This document shows positions 37,601 through 48,900 of a DNA stretch of 64,000 nt, piece by piece. The stretch spans positions 10,726,001 to 10,790,000 of the forward strand of contig OZ360256.1 of NCBI GenBank assembly GCA_977017645.1. Reading direction: 5' to 3'. The first letter of the stretch is position 1; each line of letters begins with the position of its first letter. The position numbers and the translations under genes were made by a program. Origin of the DNA: Torpedo marmorata (lineage: Eukaryota). The notes under the pieces were generated by a model. It had not been told where the DNA came from, did no database searches, and was given only the letters and a program-made list of their open reading frames with translations.

Positions 37601-40600
37601 ACACCCGGAGGAAACCCACGGGGAGAACGTACAAACTCCGGATTCGAACCTGCCGTAATGGGGGAGGGGTCCGGAGGAGGAGGGGAGGGGTTCCTTCAAT
37701 GTGTTGGCTACCTCTCCCAGGCAGGGGGAGGTGGGGACGGAGACCGTCGAGGGGGAGAGGGGTCTGGGGGAGGGATGGGAGGTTTGGGCGGTTGCGAGCT
37801 GCGTTCCCTTCCTCCTGGGGCGCAGGTGAGGGGAGGGGCCAGAAGGAAGGAGGGGGCACCAGGGGGTGTTCCCTGGGCGAGCTGACCCCTGACCTTTATC
37901 CTGGCCGAGCTGACCCCTGACCTTTGCCCTGGGCGCGCTGACCCCGACCTTTGTCTTGTGAGCTGACCCCTGAACTTTGCCCTGGCCGAACTAATCACCG
38001 ACCCTTGCCCTGGGCATGGTAACCCACGACCCGCCTTGGGCGAGCTGACCTCCTACCTTTGTCTTGGCCGAGCTGACCCCCGACCTTTGCCCCGGGCGAG
38101 CTAACCCCAGACCTTTGCCTTGGGCGAGCTGACCCCTGACGTGCCCCGGGCGAGCTGACCCCATGACCTTTGCCCTTTGTGCAGCATCCACTCGGGGAGC
38201 AAGTGCACCGAGTGCTCCCGGTCGCTGGGCTGTGCCGCCTGTCTGCAGGGCTTCGGCTGCGGCTGGTGCGGTGACACCAACAACCCCACCATCGGCAGGT
38301 AGGGGGTGGGGGAGTGGAGGGTGGGACGAGGGAGTTGGGGGAGGTGGGGGTGTGGGAGAGGAAGGGCAGGGGTGGGGGAGGGGGGACGAGGGAGCAGGAG
38401 GTAGTGGGGGTGAGGGAGGGAGCACGGGGGTGGGGATGTGGGAGAGGTTGCTGGGCTGTGCTGCCTATTTACAGGGCTTCGGCTGCAGCGGGTGCGGTGA
38501 CCAACAACCCCACCATCGGCAGGTAGTGGGTGGGGGGAGGGGAGGGGGGACGAGGGAGCCAGGGGTGGGAGGGGAGGTGGGGGTGTGGGAAAGGAGGGGC
38601 AGGGAATGGGGAGGGGCGGAATGAGGGAGCGGGAGTTAGTGGGGGTGGGGAAGGGAGGGGGCAGGGGCCTGTCTGTGACCCCATCTGGTGTCTGGCGGAC
38701 TGTCTTTGACCCCGTCTGGGGGACTGTGATCCCGTCTTGTGTCTGGGGGACTGTCTGTGACGACCGTCTGGGGAACTGTCTGTGACCCCCGTCTGGAGGA
38801 CTGTGTGACCCCGTCTGGTGTCTGGGAGACTGTCTGTGACCCCGTCTGGTGTCTGGGGGACTGTCTGTGACCCCAGTCTGGGGAACTGTCTGTGACACCC
38901 GTCTGGAGGACTGTGACCCCGTCTGGTGTCTGGGAGACTGTCTGTGACCCCTCCTGGTGTCTGGGGGACTGTCTGTGACCCCAGCCCTCACAGTGCCATG
39001 TCTCTCCCGTTTCCAGGTGTGTGCCGGGAGATTTCGGCAGCCTGCGGGGCTTTGCCGACTGCTCGGTGGCCGTGGTGGGGCTCTCCAACCGGTCCGGCAG
39101 CGAGCCGGCGGCCTGGTCCTACGCCGTCTGCCCCGACATCGACGAGTGCCGTTTGCGGCTCGACGATTGCCACCCCTTCGCCCGGTGCCGAAACACCTTC
39201 CAGTCCTTCCAGTGCGACTGTGGCCGGGGCTACACCGGCGATGGCCGGGCCTTCTGCAACCGGACGTGAGTGTGGGGGTGGGGAGAGGGGGAGGGGAGGG
39301 GTGGGGGAGGGTGAGGGGCTACACCAGCGACGGCCGGGCCTTTTGTAACAGGACACGTCTTGGCGCACGTTGCTGCTGGGCGCACGTTGCTGCTGGGCGC
39401 ACGTCGCGGCTGGGTGCACGTCGCGGCTGGGCGCATGTTGTATCTGGGATTCTGATGGACTGTCACTTCACCACCCCCCTCCCCCTCTCCACCTGCCTCA
39501 GGTGTTACAACGAGTGCAGACATGGACACTGCAGCGGTGCGCCTGACTTCACCTGTGTCTGCCAGCTGGGCTGGACCTCCAACACCACGTCCGTCAACCT
39601 GACCGGCACGGAGTGCGATGTGGACTGCGGCTGTAACTTCCACAGCACCTGCTCCACCGGCATCGGCATCTGCGACCAGTGCCAAGGTAATGGTGATGGC
39701 TGCCCCCGGCAGCACAGTGAGCAGGAGACCTACAGGCATCTGGCTGGGTCGGGGGATGAGGACAGAGCGAGGGGTACCGGCTCGTGGTCCGGGTTAGAGC
39801 GCACGAGCGAGTGGTCGGAGAGTTACCCAGCGCCGAACGAGGCTCCTGGTTCCCAGTGCCTGCCCATCACGATCCCATTGGCAAGTCTCACCGGCGCCCC
39901 TCAATCCCCCCCGCACTCACCCTCAACTTTCCCTCGGACCCACGCTCGTATCCCTCATCCTGCCTGAAAGGTCTGGATCGAGCAAACCTGGAGAAGACGT
40001 TCCCAGCAGTGGGAGATTCCGGGACCAGAGGTCGCGACCCCAGAATAAACGGTGTCCCTTTACAACAGAGAGGAGATGTTCAGCCGGAGTGAGGTGGGGT
40101 GGGGGGGTGAATCTGCAGAATTCGTGGCCACAGACGGCTGCGGAGCCTGTCACTGGGGAGATATAAAGCGCAGGCTGATAAGTTCTGAACAGAGCGTGTG
40201 CTGGGTGGTGTGGATCCTGGATGATTGCTGCTGCTCTCCGACGGCAGCGTTCCCCGTAGATGTTCTCGATGGTGGGGAGGGTTTTTGCCTGTGATGTCCT
40301 GGGCTGTGTCCGCTACCTTTTGCAGGGCTTTACACTCAGGGTTATTGGTGACTCCCCCATACCAGACCGTGATGCAGCCGGTCAGCACACCTTCCACCAC
40401 ACATCTGTAGAAGTTTGCCAGGGTTTCCGGTGTCATACCAAACTTCCGCAAACTCTGCCTCGGACCCGGCTGATCTCAATGACCCCGAGGTTCTCTGACC
40501 CCGATGACTCTGAGGGTCTCTGACCTTAGGACCCTGCCTTGGACCCTGATGACCCTGAGGGGCACTGACCCCGTGACCCTAAGTGTCTCGGACCCCAACG

Positions 40601-42310
40601 ACCCCCCGTAACGCCGTGTCCATGACACCATGACCCCGAGGGCCATTGCCCCTACGACCCTGCGTCCCTGACCCCGGTTCCCTCACCCGATGACCCTGAG
40701 GGTCACTGACCCCCGAGGGTCCGTGACTGTGTGACCCCGAGGATCCCAGACCCCATGTCTCTGACCTCCATGATCCTTGAGCCCGTGACCCTGACCCTGG
40801 GTCCTGGACCCCGTAACCACATAACTGAGGGTCACAAGCCCCACCCCATAACCCTGAAGTCCCTTACCCCGTGATCCTGAAGCCCTGACCCCAGGTTTGT
40901 AACCCTCGGTCCCCGACCCCATGGCCCTGATCCTGTGACCCTGTTATCCACTCCCTGGGACCCTGACCTCGGGGCCATGACCCCGTGACCCTGACCCCAT
41001 GACCCTGACCTCCATGATCCTTGACCCCGTGACCCTGACCCTGGGTCCTGGATCCCATGACCACATAACTGAGGGTCACGAGCCCCACCCCATAATCCTG
41101 AGGTCCCTTACCCCATGACCCTGAAGCCCTGACCCGAGGTTCGTGACCTGAGGTCCCTGACCCCGTGGCCCTGATCCTGTGACACTGTTATCCACTCCCT
41201 GGGGCCGTGACCCTGGGGCCATGACCCTATTATCCTGACCCCGGGACCCTGACCCCAGGATCCTGACCCGATGTCCCCGGGATCCTGACCCCGTAATGCT
41301 GACCCCATGACCCCGGGTCCCTGACCCCATGATCCTGGATCCCTGACCCCCATGACCTTGGGTCCCTGACCCTGTGACCCTGACCCGATGACCCCAGGTC
41401 CCTGACCCCCATGACACCGTCACCCTGACGCTGTGATCTGCTTCCAGACTGGACGATGGGGGAACTTTGTGAGCTGTGCCGGCCCGGTAGTTATGGCAAT
41501 GCCAGCGGTGCGGAGGGCTGCCGGCCCTGCGACTGTAACGGGCACGGAGTCCTCGCCCTGGGGGAGTGCGACAGGGTGACAGGAGTCTGTCACTGCACCG
41601 ACCACACCGAGGGAGACCACTGCCAGGTCTGCGCCGCCAGCTTCTATGGGGACCCAAGGTAAGGTGGAGAACCGGCGGTTTCACCTCACCCGGCACACAC
41701 CCCCCCACCCTGTACCCCTGTTACGACATCCTCCCACCCTGTACCCCCAGCACACCGTCCCCACCCCACCACCCTGTACCCCCAGCACACCGTCCCCACC
41801 CCACCACCCTGTACCCCCAGCACACCGTCCCCACCCCCCCCCACCCTGTACCTCCAACACACCGTCCCCACCCCCCACCCTGTACCCCCAGCACACTGTC
41901 CCCACCCCCCCCACCCTGTACCCCCAGCACACCATCCCCACCCCCCCACTCTGTACCCCCGGCACACCATCCCCACCCCACCACCCTGTACCCCCAGCAC
42001 ACCGTCCCCACCCCACCACCCTGTACCCCCAGCACACCATCCCCACCCTGTACCGCCCCACACCCCCCACCCCATACCCCCGTCACACCATCCCCACCCC
42101 GTACCCCCGTCACACCATCCCCACCCTGTACCCCTGTCACACCGTACATCCCCCACCCTGTACCCCCGTCACACCGTACACCCGGCACACCCCCCACTCT
42201 GTACCCCGTCACGCCGCGCCCCGTCGTGCTGCACCCCTGTCAAGTCGCACCCCGCGTGTGTGTGTGATGCAGTGATACCCCGCTTGCCTCTCTCCCCCAG
42301 GGATGGAGGG

Positions 42311-42357
<47 letters not shown>

Positions 42358-42931
42358 AGTAACCGCAGCCCGTCACCTCCCGCGCGTTCAACCCGTCATG
42401 CCGCCCCCATCACGCCACGCGCCCTCACCCCCCCGTGCCTTCCCTCACCCCCCACGAATTCCCCAACCTCCCACACATTCCCTCTGACTGTGTACCTGGA
42501 TCATTATGTGGAGGAGCGGTGCCTCTGTACCACCAGATCATTTTGTGTGATACAGTAACCTCGGAGTCTCTCTCCCAGGGACAGAGGCACATTCGTGTGT
42601 GTGTATGTGTTACAGTAAACCCCGCCTGCCTCTCTCCCCCAGAAATGGAGGGACCTGTCCGTGTGTGTGATACAGTAATCCCCGCTTGCCTTTCTCCCCC
42701 AGGGAAGGCGGGACCTGTCCGTGTAGGGTGAGTGTGTGCGTGTGATACACTAACCCCCGCTGCCTCTCTCCCCCAGAATCAGAGGGACCTGTCTCTGTGT
42801 GTGTGTGTGTGTGTGTGTTACAGTAACCCCCTGCCTGCCTCTCTTCCCCCAGGGACGGACGGACCTGTCGATGTGGAGTGAGTGTGATTCAGTAACTCCC
42901 GCCTGCCTCTCTCCCCCAGGGTCGGAGGGAC

Positions 42932-42962
<31 letters not shown>

Positions 42963-45900
42963 TGTGTGTGTGTGTGTGTTACAGTAACCCCCGCCTGCCT
43001 CTCCCCCAGGGTCGGAGGGACGTGTGTGTGTGTGTTACAGTAACCCCCGCCTGCCTCTCCCCCAGGGTCGGAGGGACGTGTGTGTGTGTTACAGTAATCC
43101 CCGCCTGCCTCTCTCCCCCAGGGACGGAGGGACCTGTCTGTGTGGGGTGAGTGTGATAGAGTAACTCCCGCCTGCCTCTCCCCCAGGGTCGGAGGGACCT
43201 GTGTGTGTGTGTTACAGTAACTCCCTCCTGCCTCTCTCCCCCAGGGACGGAGGGACCTGTCTGTGTGGGGTGAGTGTGATACAGTAACTCCCGCCTGCCT
43301 CTCTCCCCTAGGGACGGAGGGACCTGTTACCACGAGTGTGCCGGACGTTCCCTGTTGCTGAACGTGTCCTCCTCGGCGCTGGGCTCCCTCAGGGGCAGCG
43401 GCCTCTCCCCGAGTGGCCTGACCTACTGCCTGTGGGTGCTCTCCACCTCCGACTCCCTGGAGCCTTGCCAGGTCCAGGACTCCTGTCCCGTCATCAGTAT
43501 TACCATCCACTCGGACATCCAGATCCAATGCGGGGTGAGTGTGGGGATGGCTGGGTGGGGGGGTGCCTTGGTGTAGCCGAGAGATTATTGTCATACACGT
43601 GAGTACAATGTGCGGAGGCCCCAACATTCTTCCTTGCCGCGGCAACCCTGGGATGTTAGACACAGCAACTCCACTTGTACAAATTAAATCACTGCCCCAT
43701 GCCAAGACAGAGAAAGATATCATAACTGAAATATAATGTCGGAATGTGAACGTTCATGCACTTTGGTAGAAGAAATAAACAGGCAGACTATTTTCTAAAT
43801 GGGGATAAAATTGAAAATACCCAGATATCCTGAAGGTAAACATGCAGGTTGAGATGGTGGTGAAGAAGGCAAATGCAATGCTGGCGTTCATTTCAAGAGG
43901 AATAGAATATAAGAGCAGGGATGTGACGTTGAGTCTCTGTACGGCATTGGTGAGACCTCACTTGGAGTATTGTGAGCAGTTTTGGGCTCCTCGTTTAAGA
44001 AAGGATGTGCTGATGGTGGAGAGGGTTCAGAGGAGGTTCACAAGGACGATTCCGGGAATGAAAGGGTTATATGAGCAGCGTTTGACGGTTCTTGGTCTAT
44101 ATTCGATGGATTTTAGGAGAATGAGGGGGGGTCTCATTGATGGGGAGGGGGGTGGGGGAGAAGGAGGGATGGGATGTGGGAGGGGGTGGGGTGGGGAGGG
44201 GGTGGAAGGGGAGGAGGTGAGGTAGGATGGGGTGGGTGGGGAAGGGGGTGGGTGGGGAAGGGGGTGAGGTGGGATGGGGAGGAGGTGAGGTGGGATGGGG
44301 ATGGGGAGGAGGTGGGATGGGGAGGAGGATGGGGAGAGGGATTTGGGGGTGGGATGGGGGAGTGGGGGGGAGGAAATGGGATGGGGAGTAGAGAAAGGAT
44401 GAACTGGGAGTTGGGATAGGAACCGGGGCAGGTGCGCAGTGGGCTGAATGGCCTGATCCAGTGGGTACGTCCATAAGACAGTGACACCCCTCTCCCCGTT
44501 CCCCACCCACATCCCCTTTCTCCCCCCCTCTCACACTCCCTGCCCCCTTACCCCCCTCTATCGCCATCCCCATCTCACCCCTCTTCCCAACCCCCATCCT
44601 CCTTGCCCTCATCCTCTTCTACTGTCTTCCCACCCACCTACCCCGCTACCTGTCTCCCCGCACTGCCGTCACCATCCCCCCTCTCCTTCCGCTCTCTCCC
44701 TCCCCCTTGTCCCATACACCTTCCGCCCCCGTCCCCTCTCCCTCCTCCTCTCCCCACCCCCCTCCCCACCCTCATCCGCTCCCCACCCCCTCCCCTTTCC
44801 CGCTTTCTCACCCCATCCCCCTGCCTCTCCTTTCTCTCCCCTCCTCCTCTCCCCGTCCTTCTCTCCCCCTTTCTCTCCCCCTCTCTCTCCCCCTCCCCCT
44901 CTCTCCCCCTCCACCTCTCTCCCCTCCCGCTCTCTCTCCCTCTCTCCTCTTCCCCCCCCCTCCCGCTCTCTCCCCCTCCCTCTCCTCCACCACCCCCCCT
45001 GCAGCATGACTATGTTTACGTTTACGACGGCCTCCCGGCATTCCTGACTGGCTCCCAACCGGAGAGCGGCATCCACTCTGACTCCCGGCTGCTCGGGGCC
45101 TTCTGCGGCCAAGGGGGGGTCTCTCCCGTCACCGTCTCGGCGGTCTCAGGTAGGTGGGGGGGGCGGGGGACCGCGAGGAGGGTGGAGGTTTGTGTGGGGG
45201 GCCAGTCCGCGTGGGGTGGAGTTCTGTCCCCTTCACCCTGTCTTTCTGTTCCGGGGAGTGGTCCGTCTCCCATCATCTTCCCCATCCCTCTGTTCCAGGG
45301 GACGGTCCGTCCCCCATCCCCGTCTCTGTTCCGGGGGCGGTCCGTCCCTTTGTTCCAGTGGATGGTCCATCCCCCTTCACCTTCCCCATCCTTTGTTCCA
45401 GTGGATGGTCCATCCCCCTTCACCTTCCCCGTCTCTCAGTTCCAGGGGGTGGTCCATCCCGCTTCACCTTCCCCGTCTCTGTTCCAGGGGGTGGTCCATC
45501 CCCCTTCATCTTCCCCGTCTCTCTGTTCCAGGGGGCGGTCCGTCCCCCTTCATCTTCCCCGTCTCTCTGTTCCAGGGGGCGGTCCGTCCCCCTTCACCGT
45601 CCCTTTGTTCCAGTGGATGATCCATCCACCTTCACCTCCCCCGTCTCTCTGTACCAGGGGTTGGTCCGTCCCCCATCACCCTCCCCATTTCCCTTCATCC
45701 TCCCCGTTTCCCTTCACCCTCCCCGTCTCTCATTTCCAGGGGCTTGTCCGTCCCCCTACACCCTCCCCCGTTTCTCTGTTCCAGGGGGTGTTCCGTCCCC
45801 ACTCACCTTCCCCGTCTCTCCATCCCAGGGGCTGGTCCGTCCCCCTTCACCCTCCCCTGTCTCTCTGTTCCAGGGGGTGTTCCGTCCCCCTTCACCCTCC

Positions 45901-48900
45901 CCGTCTCTCATTTCCAGGGGTGCTGACTGTGTATTTCGAGGCCAATGTATCCCGTTCTGCCGGCGCTCAGTGGGAGAGTTTCAACGCCACCTTCACCGTG
46001 GGTGGCTGCCAGGGTCCGTGCCGGCCTCCGCTGCCTTGTGATCCGGCTACGGGCTGCCGTACCGAACACTGCCCCGGCAACTGCTCCTGGCACCTCGGGG
46101 CAGGGGTCTGCAACACGGTGAGTCCCAACGGGTCAGCAGTCCGTCACAAAGGGTGACCCCTCACCCCAGGGTCCGTCACAAAGGGTGTCCCCCACACCCC
46201 AGGGTCCGTCACAAAGTGTGTCCCCCACATCCCAGGGTCCGTCACAAAGTGTGTCCCCCACATCCCAGGGTCCATCACAAAGGGTGTCCCCCACACCCCA
46301 GGGTCCATCACAAAGGGTGTCCCCCACACCCCAGGGTCCATCACAAAGGGTGTCCCCCTCACCCCAGGGTCCGTCACAAAGTGTGTCCCCCTCACCCCAG
46401 GGTCCGTCACAAAGGGTGTCCCCCTCACCCCAGGGTCCGTCACAAAGTGTGTCCCCCACATCCCAGGGTCCATCACAAAGTGTGTCCCCCTCACCCCAGG
46501 GTCCGTCACAAAGTGTGTCCCCCACATCCCAGGGTCCATCACAAAGTGTGTCCCCCTCACCCCAGGGTCCGTCACAAAGTGTGTCCCCCTCACCCCAGGG
46601 TCCATCACAAAGTGTGTCCCCCTCACCCCAGGGTCCATCACAAAGTGTGTCCCCCTCACCCCAGGGTCCGTCACAAAGTGTGTCCCCCTCACCCCAGGGT
46701 CCATCACAAAGTGTGTCCCCCTCACCCCAGGGTCCGTCACAAAGTGTGTCCCCCACACCCCAGGGTCCGGAACAAAGTGTGTCCCGCACACCCCGGGGTC
46801 CGGAACAAAGTGTGTCCCGCACACCCCGGGGTCCGGAACAAAGTGTGTCCCCCACACCCCAGGGTCCGTCACAAAGGGTGTCCCCTACCTCCCGGGGTCC
46901 GTCACAAAGGGTGTCCCCCTCACCCCGGGGTCCGTCACAAAGGGTGTCCCCCTCACCCCGGGGTCCGTCACAAAGGGTGTCCCCTACCTCCCGGGGTCCG
47001 TCACTGTGTCCCTCCCAACCCGGGGTCCGTCCCAAATCCCCTGCACCCTGGGGGGAGGGGGACCGTTCCCGGTGTGCCTAGTGGGAGGGGGTAACATTCC
47101 CGGTGGGAGGGGCAGCATTCCCGGGGGAAGGGGGGACCGTTCCCGGTGTGCCGGGTGGGAGGGGGGAACATTCCCGGTGTGCCGGGGGGAGGGTGACTGT
47201 TCACTGTGTGCCGGGTGGGAGGGGGGAACATTCCCGGTGTGCCGGGTGGGAGGGGGGAACATTCCCGGTGTGCCGGGTGGGAGGGGGGAACATTCCCGGT
47301 GTGCCGGGTGGGAGGGGGGAACATTCCCGGTGTGCCAGAGGGATGGGGGGGTGTTCCCGGTGCCCGTGGGTGGGGTTTGTCGTGGACCTGAATCCCTGTG
47401 GTTGATCCCCAGGATTCAGGACGCTGCGACTGCGCAGACGGATTCGCTGGGACGGACTGTAGTTCCCGGACGTCTCCGGGGTCCCTCGTCTGGGAGATGC
47501 AGAGCGTAAGTCTCACCCCACCCCGTCTCAACTACCCCCCCCACCCCGACCTACCACTGATACCCCTTCTCCCCGGGGTGTGTGACCCCCGACCCCTCTC
47601 CCCGGTGTGTGACCCTGATCCCTCTCCCCTGTACGTGTGACCCCTGATCCCTCTCCCCGGCGCGTGTGACCCTTGACCCACTCTCCCCTGTGTGTGACCC
47701 TGATCCCTCTCCCCTGTACGTGTGACCCCTGATCCCTCTCCCCGGCGCATGTGACCCATGACCCACTCTCCCCTGTGTGTGACCCTGATCCCTCTCCCCT
47801 GCGCGTGTGACCCCTGAATTCTCCCCGGTGATTGTGACCCTTGACCTCTCGCCCCAGTGGCTGACTCTCTGCCCCTTGTGGATCTGCAGGACGGTGGACT
47901 GCCCCACCCTAGGCTCGGACACTCCATGACGGAGGGTCCCGCATCAACGCTCTGGGTATTTGGTGGCCTCTCGCTGCAGGAGGGTATCTTGGACAATCTG
48001 TACAGGTGAGGTATTGGCCCGTGGGCGCGGGAACTGCGGTGGGTCGCGTTCTTCTCCTCTCCCACCCCCCCCCTCCCCTACCCGCAGTGTCCCCACAGAT
48101 CGCAGTCCGGGGCCACAGTCAGCTCTGCGACCAGGAGACAGGAACGAGTGACTGACATGGGGCCGGAGACGGAGCTGGGGGGGCCGGAGACGGAGCCATG
48201 GAGGGCCGGGCAAGGGTGCATGGGGGCTGGGGGTCCCGGGAGATGAAACCGGGGGGGGGGGGGGGGGTTGCCGGTAAACGGAGCCGGGGGGGGGGGAGGC
48301 CGGGAGACGGAGCTAGGGGCCAGGAGACAGAGCTGGATGCCTGGGGACTGGCCCCCACCCACCCTGCCTGTCCCCACAGTTACTCGGTGACCCAGCGCCT
48401 GTGGAGCCAGGAGCTGCTCAGTGAGACCCCGGGTCCTAGTGCCCGCTACTTCCACGCCGCCGCCACCGACCCATCCCACCTCACTATGTTCGTGCTGGGG
48501 GGCCTGACTCCGACCGGGGTCACCAACGACTTCTGGCTGCTGAACATGTCGACGCTGGAATGGAGGCAGCAGCAGGTAGGGTCTGTCATGGATTCCCAGC
48601 TCCCCGGTGTGTGATGCCCAACCTCTCTGCCCGGCTACGGGTCTACTGGGGGTAACCTGGAGAAACCGTAGAGGGAGGGAAGTATCAGTCACTGGGGAAC
48701 TCTCTCCCCCTGATCCACACTCTCTCCCCCTGACCCAGACTCTCTCCCTCCTGACCCAGACTCTCTTCCCCTGACCCAGACTCTCTCCCCCTGACCCAGA
48801 CTCTCTCCCCCTGACCCAGACTCTCTCCCCCTGACCCGGAATCTCTTTACCTGACCCGGACTCTCTCCCCCTGACCCAGACTCTCTCCCCCTGACCCAGA

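Noticed and set aside
46133-47094. Mucin-like 11-aa repeat ORFs on both strands
   Set aside because: A 33-bp stop-free unit gives ORFs in four frames; no exon evidence.
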